64,000 bases of DNA, taken from NCBI RefSeq assembly GCF_009914755.1, contig NC_060926.1, one strand, 5' to 3'. How positions within the stretch are numbered: position 1 is the stretch's first letter; each line of letters starts with the position of its first letter. Below are positions 1-14,651 of this stretch, one piece after another. The position numbers were made by a program, and so were the translations under genes. Under the pieces are notes generated by a model, which did not search any database, was not told the DNA's origin, and saw only the letters and a list, made by a program, of their open reading frames with translations. Source of the DNA: the human T2T-CHM13v2.0 reference genome, Homo sapiens.

Positions 1-198
1 TAGCCTGAGGACAAATAGAACTAATAAGTCCTATGGGTGTTCTTTCAAAAAGGCCAATACCTGTTTTTAATAACTTATAGGAGTTGTTAGTTAATAATTA
101 TTTATAGGAGCAGTACATAAGTATGTAGCTAGAAAAATATTACCTTGGTATGAGTAGAAGAGCAACTTAGTATCCTTTTTTAAGAAAGCCATCTTTTA

Positions 199-411
<213 letters not shown>

Positions 412-2374
412 TTAAGTATAGTGTTTTATTCTGAACATATGCTGTATGTGTCAGTTTGATACCTGGATCAACATCTACCTTCTGCAGATGTTTCAAAGCA
501 CTCTTCTGGAAACTACCTCGATATCCAAATCTTCTATTTTTAGGATTGCTGACTTTGTTAAAGCAAGAAAAAATTCTAAATGTGCTTTCTGAATTTACTG
601 ACATATATCATGCTCAGATCTACTATATTAAAATGGTAAAGACTATAGACTTAAATTTTTAAAAATTCAAATATGATGTTAATATAATACTAATTGCATA
701 ACTACATGTGATTTAATATTGTCATAGGTGCACAGTAGAGTGCTATTAATCATTCAACTTTCCTTAAAGTGTGGTTTTTGAAGTGATAAACCATTCTTAT
801 TAAGAATTCTATTAATTTAAAAATTTTAATGACCAAGGCTTTAATGCCCTAAGAATGGGGCAACAGCAAGAGCAAGGGCACTGCAATATAAATTTTGTAG
901 AGAACTAATTAGCAAGTAGACAGTTCAATGCTATGGAGGCCTCACAAGAATGACAAAGGGATCTAAGAGTCAAACTGCACTGGCATAAACTGATAGCCCT
1001 GGCCCCTTTCTTGGAGATACAGAAATGCATTGGATATCACACATTTGTATAAAAGCTCACTTCCAGTTCCTGCCCTGCTCAGCTAATCACTTCCCAATTC
1101 CTGTGCAGAGATGAGGAGACATCTTTTGTTTGGGGCCAACTATAGCTCCCTCTGAATGAGGGCAGGGGTTAGGAAAAGAGAAAAATGTGTCTCCCCAATA
1201 TATTAAAACCATGGCAACTTGGATTTTTCAAGTAAGACATCAGACCGGAGAATTTGGATGTGGCCTATTTTTAATTTCAAAAAACCACTCCAGGTCCCTG
1301 GAGGAGACAAGAGTGGGCAGAATTCAGAGAAAATTGAAAAAATGCATAATATTGGGGCTTTTACAAATTTCTGAGGAAAGTCCTGACTTCCGAGTCAGGA
1401 CTAAACTGTGACCCTGCCTGACTCCCAGGGGCACGGATGTCCCAGGGGCAACAAAACTAATTCCTGTGATGATGTAGGCCCAAAGTCTAACCATCGCTGT
1501 TTTCTCTGTGATTCCTTAGGACCCTAGAGAACCATGGCCCAAGTCTGGTTGGGGAGGGAGTCAGCGTACAGTGGCAGCAGAAATGGATGGGAGTGAGGAA
1601 GTGGTAGCCAATGCCAATACCATAAATAATAGCCGTTCAATGAAAGAAAGGAGAAGGAAGTTAAAGAGGAATGGAAGAGAGGATAGCTCACTGGTTCTCA
1701 TCTAGAACACGACAAGTGTGGATTAGCCTTGTCCAAATCCATACTCCAAAGTATAGAAAGTTTTTCTCCACAGAGAGAAAAATGTACAGAAACGATTTAC
1801 TTTGTTTTTAACTCATATAAATAAACTAACCCTTATTACAGTGAAAAAAAAAGCCTTCTCTTCTTACTTGACTTACAAATTGATCAAAACTTCCTTGAAG
1901 TTTGAACCTTTAAAAAGAGCTTTCAATGTTTTCTGCAATTGTTTATTGTAGACAATGTTGCAATAATTTGTGAATTTATCAAAACCATAAGTAATTTTTG
2001 TTATCTACTCGAATAGACTAAGTTGTAGATATTTGATTTTTCCCCCATCACATTGTAGGAGGATTCATTCATTTATTCATAAAAAACATACATAAGACCT
2101 ACCAGATGCAGGCAGGCCACTGTGCCAGGCCTCACAGAGGAATTCAAAGATAAAGACCTGATCTCAAAAAACGCATCAAATATACACAAACATTGATAAG
2201 AAGAGGCACTGTGTGATAAACTGCTTAACATTTAATAATACTGTTTGGCCATTTTTATAAGCCACTCTTCTCTAGGATTGCTTTCAATTTATGGGCTCAA
2301 CATATATAAAATATATTTAAATTAGTACTTTGAAAAAACGAGTTTAAGATTTTTGTGTATGTTGCAACATTTAG

Positions 2375-2659
<285 letters not shown>

Positions 2660-2846
2660 TAGCCTAGGATGCTTCCCTCTGAAGTTAAGTGTAAATAACC
2701 TTGAGTGTCTCCTGATACATTTTAAAGAGAGCAAATAAAACACTGGCCTGTCTAATTTTCATTCTGGAATGTAAAATGGTGGAAGGAGCCTAGCTCAGGA
2801 ATGCTAGCCTAGCTCCTCCCATTCAGTGCAAACAATTTGCCCCTAA

Positions 2847-3221
<375 letters not shown>

Positions 3222-3542
3222 TAACTGCTTTTCTAAACCTTTATTTGGTTATTAGCTATTATGTACATATGAATAAGTGGGAATACTTTGAAGCAAAAAC
3301 ACTATCCCAACTGATCTATGCTAGCCCCCATGTTCTAAATCGATTAGAAAGAGCCACCGGAAGTATTAAAGGTGGGAGAAAGAAGATTTGTTTGCCTATT
3401 GGATCTTTGATTTCTATCAGTATGAAAACTTTTCAATACTACATTTTGCAGATAACTCTTTTGTGTTGTCTTTGTCCAGCTTTTGCTGCAGGTTACATTT
3501 AAATTAGCTTCTCTCTAGTAACGATGCTGAAAATAACTTTAA

Positions 3543-3758
<216 letters not shown>

Positions 3759-3884
3759 TAAAAATCCAATCCCCTAGTTTTACAATGGGACCAAGTGAAT
3801 CACTTCCCTTGTAATGGAATGAAAGGCAGCACATGACAGTGCAGAAAGTGGCAATGCCGCCATAGTCTTTGTTTCATGTTACAG

Positions 3885-3999
3885 ATGCACTGTTTGTGAA
3901 GGTCCTGCGATCGCCATAGCCGTTCACAGCCAAACCACTGACATTCCTCCATGTCCTCACGGCTGGATTTCTCTCTGGAAAGGATTTTCATTCATCATG
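3885..3999 (+). CDS. COL4A3: Collagen alpha-3(IV), exon 50 (NC1)
   Basis: acag|A...ATG|gtgagg, 115 nt; [38 protein letters not shown]. Confidence 0.98.
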
Positions 4000-4265
4000 G
4001 TGAGGAGAAAAGGAACAGGAGGTTTAGGGTAAAGACTACCTGTAGAATGTTACATTGTGCTGGGTAAAATGTGATTCCCAGGGTCGATGCTGCCTGCTGT
4101 CCGTGTGTGCAACATGCCATAGACATTTCCTTGAAAATCTACAAACAGACTTTTTTTTTTTACTTTTGGTAAATAATGGAGTACTAAAAAAGACTTCTCA
4201 GGAGGAGATTACCTACAAATTCTATTATGAAATTTAGGTGAATAGTAGCTGCGTTTTATTGATAA

Positions 4266-4607
<342 letters not shown>

Positions 4608-4940
4608 TGGAATGCCTATTTTTTATAAGATAACTGCTTTACATACATTCTCTGTAATTTTTATGAAAACGCTCATAGGTAATTTCTATCATTTACAGTT
4701 TTACAAATAAGAATGAAGTACTTTCCCCAGGGTCTTACAACTATTTAGTGGAAAAGCTAGGATCTGAACCCAGGTCTATCTGCTCCAAAATCTGTGCCCC
4801 TTTTGACATTCATATGGAGATAAAAGCAAAGAAAAACAGTCTTTTAAAGAAAAAGCTTTCAGATGTAAATGCTAGTGAAGAAGTTTATGGATTGGCCATG
4901 TGTGACTGTGATGACTGTCATAGCTGCACGCAGGTGGTTC

Positions 4941-5300
4941 TTTCTTTTTTCTTTTTCTTTGTCTCTTGAGACAGAATCTCCCTCTGTCGCCCAGGCTGGA
5001 GTGCAGTGGTGCAATCTTGGCTCACTGCAATCTCCACCTCCTGGCTCACTACAATCTCTGCCTTCTGGCTCACTGCAATCTCTGCCTCCAGGGTTCAAGC
5101 AATTCTCTTGCCTCAGCCTCCTGAGTAGCTTGGACTACAGGCACATGCCACCATGCCGGCTACTTTTTGTATTTTTAGTACAGACATGATTTCACTATGT
5201 TGGCCAGGCTGGCCTCAAACTCCTGACCTCAAGTGATCTGCCCACCTAGGCCTCCCAAAGAGCGAGCTGGGATTATAGGTGTGAGTCACTGCGCCTGGCC
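4941..5300 (-). mobile_element. Alu with internal 3x24-bp tandem repeat
   Basis: Antisense Alu; repeat at 5017-5088. Confidence 0.9.
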
Positions 5301-5456
5301 ACATAGGTGGTTATTTCTAATCTGTAGCATCGCTCATGATCATTCCTCCCCTTTCTTTACTCACAGTTGCCCATTCATTCAAAAAAAAAAGTAGAGAATT
5401 GAAAATTTGAACCCCAATGGACAGAGTGTTTATTCAGATTTTTAAAATTGTGGTAG

Positions 5457-5630
<174 letters not shown>

Positions 5631-6061
5631 TAACTATTCACCATCAAGCTTAATCTGATGACTCAATTGCAGAACTATTCAAAGGTTGCCTGTGTTCTTG
5701 GGTCAACGAGTAGCCATGATTTTGTACTACTGTGCCAATAAAGACAAAATATGGGTTTTGTCATCACTAAACACATTTAATATTTGTATATGAATTTATA
5801 GTAAATTACTTGATACAATCACAAAACGATCTCTCATCTGAATTTACTGTATTGAAAGACTTGTGAATAATGTGGATAATTTAAAGGGTGGGAGTAGTTT
5901 TTATTACCAAAAAGATGATCTATAAGTTTTCATCAAGGCCTACGTTTCTTTAATGCTGCTGAAATATGACTAAAATTATAAAATGCCACCATATATACCT
6001 TTTCAGAAATATACTTCTTCCATAAAGAGAAATAGTCCATTAATATAATAAATTTCTCTCC

Positions 6062-6357
6062 TTTTTTTTTTTTTCTTGAGATGGAGTCTCGCTCTGTTGC
6101 CCAGGCTGGAGTGCAGTGGCGCGACCTGGGCTCACTAGAACCTCCACTTCCCAGGTTTAAGTGATTCTCCTGCCTCAGCCTCCCGAGTAGCTGGGATTAC
6201 AGGCGTATGCCACGACACCCATCTCATTTTTGTATTTTTAGTAGAGATTGGGTTTCACCATGTTGGCCGCTGGTCTGAAACTCCTGACCTCAATTTATCC
6301 TCCCACCTCAGCCTCCCAAAGTGCTGGGATTACAGGCGTGAGCCACCACGCCCGACC
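6062..6357 (-). mobile_element. AluS-like
   Basis: Antisense Alu dimer in the last COL4A3 intron. Confidence 0.9.
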
Positions 6358-6439
6358 CTGTAATAAATTTCAAAATAGCAAAAATATTCATTAATAAAAC
6401 AAACTCAGCAAAAATTCCCTTTTATGCATAAATAAATGA

Positions 6440-6550
<111 letters not shown>

Positions 6551-8511
6551 AGCTAAAAAAGACAGCAGAACTGCTATTTTTCATCCTAAAGAACAAAGTA
6601 ATGACAGAACATGCTGTTATTTAGGTATTTTTCTTTAACCAAACAATATTGCTCCATGATGACTTAGTACAAAGTTTCAATTTGTTTCCCCACAAAACAA
6701 AGCAATTCTTTCAAGTCAGTTCTGTGATCTGGGTCTCTAATCTGTGCTGTTTCAAAGTTCTCTGTGGCAAAGCAGCAACTATTCACAAAATATCACCAAA
6801 AACCTATTCCACTTACATCCAAGGCACTGTCACTACGGTGATTGTATGAAGTTTGAATGCTGCACGTTATGAAATATTTGGCCCGCTGGATTCCCACATT
6901 TGTCTTCTTTCTGTCTTTAAGACTCAGGGAGGCTAAATCAGTGTTTGATTGCCCCGCCAACCCTTCCTGAAACTTCAGACCCTGGGTAGGGGAAGAGAAG
7001 GGGGCATGTGGTATCCTGGAGCATTGTGTATAGAACTGGATTTTCAGACCTGCTGAGGACCGTAAGGCCTGATGGAACACAGAACTGAACTGAGGTTCAT
7101 GGATTTTCCAGGACTGTTTCAAACATGCCCATTACTAACGGCAAAAGGGGGATTCCCTGATGGAACCATAATACCCTTGGAAATACTGTATGGTTTTGTT
7201 TTGTTTTGTTGGTTTTTAAAGATTTTTGTTTGTTTATTGAATTCATTTCACTGTAGCTCTAAAATCTGCTTGTATTCCAAGCATATAAAATTTTCCCCCT
7301 TAGTGAATTAGTTTTAAAATGATATTGTTATATACATACTATGAAATATGTATAACTTTAACTTCTGTTTTACCAGCATACCCACACAAATAACAAGAAT
7401 ACTACTTATGAAATGTGCACTTTATCCTCATTCCATAAATGTTGGTGCATACCTTATGTAAGGGAGCAGTTCAATAATCCATGAAAGAACTTAAGGCATT
7501 TGTTGGTTTATCAGACTCGGAATCTATTTTCTCATTGCTCTGAATATGTCATCACTCTAGGTTTTACAGATTTATTCCTTTGTTACTTCTCTAATTCTTC
7601 CTTTGTAAAAAAAAAAAAAGCAACACTTTTTATGTTATATGTTGTTCTTACAAACCATACTGAAAGAGTCCATTGTTTAAAAATCTTAATGTATCAAACT
7701 GTATAACTTGGCCGCTGTATGTCTTAAAACCTGCTTTTCAATGTGTTGATACATTCCCAAGGTTACTTAATTCAACTTAACTATCATGTTATTCAGCACC
7801 AAGCATGTCCCAGGCACTGTACTAACCTACAGAGATGCTAAGAGAAAAAAAAGACTTGTTTCTGATCTAATATCCCAGAAAAAGTAACTCATTGCTCTGT
7901 TAATAATCTCACATATACAAGTAGCTTCCCTCCCCTCTAGTTTTTTCTTCCTTTTCACTGCTGTTATATTTCATCATGATAATTCAGCAGGCCCAAGTAA
8001 AGGTTAAAAATAAGGTCTATGCCTAGGGAAACTCAGGGCTTCTAGTTTCTCTTAGAAAAGCTAAGAGAAGATAAGGTCTGAATAATAGCAGAAAAACCAA
8101 CATCTACAAAACATTAAACTAGTGTTATACTTGATGATAACACTATTTGATGAGTCTTAGAGTCCAGACACAAAGAGACAAAGCTTTGAAGATGCTTTTT
8201 GATCTACCTAGGTGGAGTTGGTGGTGCTGATATTTAAATTCAGGCTACTGCTTCAATCTCAATTGCTTTGTAAGTGAAAAACATGACCCAGAGGACAGCA
8301 CAGACTATGGCCATGGCTCACATGGTTTACATCCTTCACTGCTCACGTGTTTGCTGTCAAGCCATTTTTACATCTAAACTAAGATGTGCAGCATTTCACT
8401 TATTTAGATTCACTTAACAAACAAATTTTTCTGCTTTAAAAATGTCTTATTGTCCCAAGTGTACTATAGCGGCATATAGAGCTAGCTAATCTCTACAAAC
8501 CCTCTGTAGGC

Positions 8512-8700
8512 CAGTAGTTCTCAAAGTGTGGTCTCTGGAAGAGCAGTATCAGCATCATCTGGGAACTTGTCACAGATGCAGATTCTAGGGACCACTCCAG
8601 ACCTACAGAATCAGAAACTCTTGGGGGAGGGCCCGAAATATCTATGTTTTACCAAGCCCACCACATGATTCTGATGTACTCTAAATACTGAGAAAACCTG
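8512..8700. mobile_element. MER5A (hAT-Charlie) in the COL4A3 3'UTR
   Basis: cagtagttctcaaagtgtgg...gaatcagaaactct...tgattctgatg...tgagaaaacctg. Confidence 0.85.
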
Positions 8701-9449
8701 TTCTAGACAAATACCCAAGCAACAACTCCGCAGGCAGTTACCCAGTACGGCTGGCTACAACTGCTCCATCCGTGCCTCTTTTTAAAGTTCAAACTCACAG
8801 GTGACTCTAAGGTTATCTACTTTTACTCATAAGTAAAAGCCCTAGACTGGTGCTAATGTCAAACCACTGGCCTCCACTCAGGCCTCCATCTTCTCATGCC
8901 CTCTTACCAGTATTTAACTTCTGAGGAAGACAAGTGATGCTAAAACCTGAAATTCCAATGAAGCCATATGAACAGCTGTTCAGTTGCACTTCTAAGACTT
9001 TACTTAGCAGTAAATTATAGCTCATGTGCATTATTTTCCAGATAACTTAGCTTATGAGTAGCTTATACAATTATGAAGATTTAATATTACAGATAAAATG
9101 TAAACTGTTTCTTTAAAATTGGGGCTTCAACTTTGGAATTTCACAGCGTGCTAAAATAACAGATTTCTCAGAAGTCTTTCAGCAAGATAAACATTATTAA
9201 ATAACTTATTTATGAAAGTATTAAAATGCTTACATTTGAACTTGATGGCTAACTTACAAAGATTCTCTATGTATCAAATGTAACTTACTGTGACTAAACT
9301 TAATTTAATATTTACTCTATAACCAAATGAAATATATTTAAAATATATTGAATATTTTATATTGTTATATCCTGACAAGATTATAATATTTTAATGTACT
9401 AATATTTCTGTAATTATATCTAAAATATTATTTTATTATATTGCCTAAG

Positions 9450-9455
9450 AATAAA
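9450..9455 (+). terminator. COL4A3: Polyadenylation signal AATAAA of COL4A3
   Basis: Canonical hexamer with upstream TGTA motifs and downstream T-run at ~9480. Confidence 0.75.
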
Positions 9456-9619
9456 CATTTGTTAAATTGGAGCTGGTCCTTTTTTTTCAAAATGGAAATA
9501 AATTTTTTTTGGATTGTAAGAATAACAGATGTTCACTGTAAAAAGAATAGACAATACAGAAGTTATGAAGAAGAATATAAAAATGGCCATGATCTAATCC
9601 TCACTCCCATCCAAGATAA

Positions 9620-9972
<353 letters not shown>

Positions 9973-10670
9973 TTTTTTGTCACCAGGTTTTTAAAAACTT
10001 AATACATAGTGGGCACATTTTCACACCAACAGACAAGAATTAATCATCATTTGCACCACAGTTCATTGCATGGGTTTATAACCTAAGATAATAAATCCCC
10101 AATTGACAGACATTTAATTTAGTTATATTATAGACATATTGTACCTATGTCACCACAAGTTTGTCCAATTATTTCTTCAAGATAAATCTCTAGAAGGAAC
10201 ACTATAGAGTCAAAGGTCTCACATAATCTTTTTATATACAAAAATGCTCTCCAGAAAGGTTGCTAGAATTTTCAGCTGCGTCAACCATGTAATGAAAACA
10301 CTCATTTCCCTATTAATTTACCAATACAGACTATTGCTGTTATTTTACATCTTTGCCTATCTCATTGCAGTGAGGCAGAAATTTGTCACTTTTAATTAGT
10401 GTTTTTTTTTTAATCAAAGAAGTATTTTGATGACTGCCTGTTTTCCTGTGAAGGGCCTAATCATATCTTTGCTTATTTTTCTATTGAGGTATTAAAGGAG
10501 TCTTTACAAATCAGTAAAAAAAGCATATAGATTACAGAAATTATGGGTCATATATTTTGATACATGTTTCCCATTTATAATACAAATACTCCTTATTCAA
10601 GGAAAACAATTCATAAAATTTCAGATGTGGAGAGTTGGTAAAGAAAAAGGTTTTTAATATGCAAAATATA

Positions 10671-10977
<307 letters not shown>

Positions 10978-12584
10978 TCATAGAGAAGGAACTTTCAGGC
11001 TGCATTAAATGGCAATAATGATATAATCAAGGGAAGAAATGGAATGAATAGTGATCCGAGGTAATAATTCTAAGAAGACCAAGAAAATTGTTGCTCGCAT
11101 AAATACTTCAGAAACACTGTCACCTATTGTCATAGGTGGGCCAAAAAAAATCTAATTTGAAAAGACTTTGAGTAAAAAAGTACTAATCCCTTTCAATGAA
11201 CTTACTTTTACTTCGAGTAAGTCAAAGAATGAATGCTGTGTTTGAGCACATTCTCTATTTATAAGCTCGTTTGGAAAGAAAAATTTTGATTAAGCCCTAA
11301 TGGATTCTTAGTAATCTATTGGCAGGAGACTGACAAAAAAGTGATTGCCTCCTTCAGTTTGTGCCATTGGCATCTAACTCATCTCACCCTAATCCCAGCT
11401 CTACCTATTAGAAATTAACAGATAAGCAAACACAGAGGAAAATGTAATTGGTTTTTAACAACCAGGCTAAACTTAAATATTTAGATAAATATGATCCTTC
11501 CTAGGATTTTGCAGACTCCATGCTTTTTCTAAAAATACTGACTGCTCAAAACCTTTTTAGAATGATTGCTTTGGAATTATAATATCTTCAATTCCAATTT
11601 TTGAGCCAAACAAGGAGCTAGGTCTCATTATTTTATATCCAAGACCTACAACATGCTTGGCTTGTTGTAGACCTACAATATGTTTGGCTCCACAGCATAT
11701 ACTTAGATGAGTGAGACACAGACCTTGGTCTCAAGCATAGAGTTTACAATCTGGTAGGGGAAAATAAGACAAATACATGGATAACTTTAATACTAGACAG
11801 AACATGATTAAGTGCTCTAAGGGACAACAAATACTGGTTCAAAAGTTGGAGGCCTCAGGAAAGAATTCATAAAAAGAGGGGATATTTTCAGTGGTCCTTT
11901 AAGGGCAGTTAGGATTTCAAGAAGCAGAAGATGGTCAGAAGCAGGGTGGCATTCCACGTGGCAGAAATAGCATGGATGAAGCTAAGTAGTTAGGAAAAGA
12001 TGAGGCAATCTCAGGGAACAATTAATGGCCAAGAATATATGATATATATTTATATACATACAGAGTGGTAAATAAAGAAGCATGGCAGGAGGTTAAGACC
12101 ATGTTGGGCAGGGTTTAGAATACCAGGTTGAACTTGTACTTCATTGATTGCTACTAGAGATTCAGTGAAGATTGTGAGCAAAAGAGTGGAATTACCATAT
12201 AACCAATAACCTGGAAGATCCAATATTTAATATATGGTACTTGCTAGGCTATTTCATAGTTTCAAAATTTTAAAAAAATTACTGGATTGCAGTTATGAAC
12301 TTTTGAATTGGAAGATAACTATAAATCATCAATTTTCTTTGAAACTGGGGCTTCATATTTGAGATGCCACAATTTATAAACATCGGTTCTACGTAGACCC
12401 AATGTCTAGGAATTGGAGAAATAAAAATACTAGGGATGAGGAGGCCAGTTAAAAGGATAACAGCCCAGATGATGGGTGATCATCTAGGAGTAGGAAAAGA
12501 ATGGATAAAGCAGAAAGCTGGCATTGAAGAGGGACAATCTAAAGGATGAAGGATACTAGGGAAAATAAACCATTTTACCAAGAA

Positions 12585-13386
<802 letters not shown>

Positions 13387-13389
13387 GGT

Positions 13390-13863
13390 ATGTGTGGAAA
13401 GAAAGATAGATAGATCTATGAGAAGGGATACTAGCTTATGCAATTGAGGAGGCTGAAACATCCCACAGTATGTTATCCACAAGCTGGAGAACCAGGAAAA
13501 CTGGTAGCATGGCTGAGTTCAAATTTGAAGGCCTGAGAAGGTGGGCACCACTTGTGCAAGTCCTAGAGTTCAAAGACTGGAGAATCTGGATATCTCATGT
13601 TCAAGGGCAAGAGAAGTGTCCCAGCTCCAGAAGAGAAAGAGCAAATTTGTCTTGCCTCTGCCTTTTCGTTCTACACGGGCCCTCAGCTGATTGGATGGTG
13701 CCTGCCCACATTGGTAAGGGCAGATCTTCCTTACTCAACCCCCTGATTAAAATGTCAGTCTCTTCCAGCAACACCCTCACAGGCATACCCAGAAATAAAG
13801 CTTTACCAACTATCCGGGTACCCTTTAATACAGTCAAGTTGACACCTAAATTTGACCATCACA
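13390..13863 (-). mobile_element. MLT2-type (ERVL) LTR fragment
   Basis: Ends cagtcaagttgacacctaaatttgaccatcaca, the reverse complement of the MLT2 5' end. Confidence 0.8.
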
Positions 13864-14582
13864 TGGGACTTGGGTGACAGTGAAAGATAACTTTGGTACT
13901 TTGAACCCTGATGACTGGGGAGATAACTTGGCCATTAACTGAAAAAAAGGAATTCAGAAGATGGTATCTGGAGCGAGAAGAGTGGAAAAAATCTGAGTTG
14001 GAAACCCTGCTGGGATCAAAGCTCCAATGGGACACTTAAGTAGAACTGGCTAGAACCAGTGCAACAGGGTAAGACTAGATGGATGAGATAACTTAGATTT
14101 ATATATCACCCTTTCCAACAAAAGATTTGAGGCAACCATGGTTGCAAAAATAGTCAATGATGGATTAAATCATAAGACAGGAATCTCCACATTAATGTTG
14201 CAAAAAGAAATATATATTACAATGAATATACTAAATATAAATATATATTACACAAAATGAGGGAGTAGAGTTCCCACATAAGGAAGAGAAAATGCCTTTG
14301 CTCTGAGAATCGTCTACTAGACAGTGTTAGGTACTTTGAGACACACTGTCTCATTTAATTTAACAAAAAACAAATGATGCAGGAAGATAAAGGACAATGA
14401 GGTTTATGGAAGAAGACATCGTGTTTGGTAATTGGATCACAATCTTTATTTGAAAGTTATTTCAAAATGTTTTTCTTTGAGGGGAGTACAGGATTAAAAG
14501 CCAAATTGTAAGTAATTAAGAAGTGGAAAGGTTAGTGAAGCAGGAGGAACATCATTTCTAAAGGTTTTAAAGGTTACGATTA

Positions 14583-14651
14583 TAGATTGGTGCAAAAGTA
14601 ATTGTGGTTTTTCCCATTGACAGTAATGGCAAACTGCAATTACCTTTGCAC
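14583..14651. mobile_element. MADE1 (Hsmar1 MITE); its last 8 bp are displaced to 17251-17258
   Basis: tagattggtgcaaaagtaattg...caattacctttgcac followed, after the insertion, by caacctaa. Confidence 0.85.

Larger units (their letters stand above)
6551..9472 (+). other. COL4A3: COL4A3 3'UTR (end approximate)
   Basis: Follows the stop; ends in a very AT-rich block with several TGTA elements, AATAAA at 9450-9455 and a T-rich downstream tract. Confidence 0.8.

Noticed and set aside
1379-1402. Perfect 10-bp hairpin agtcctgact-tccg-agtcaggact
   Set aside because: A stem of this length is expected roughly once by chance in 64 kb
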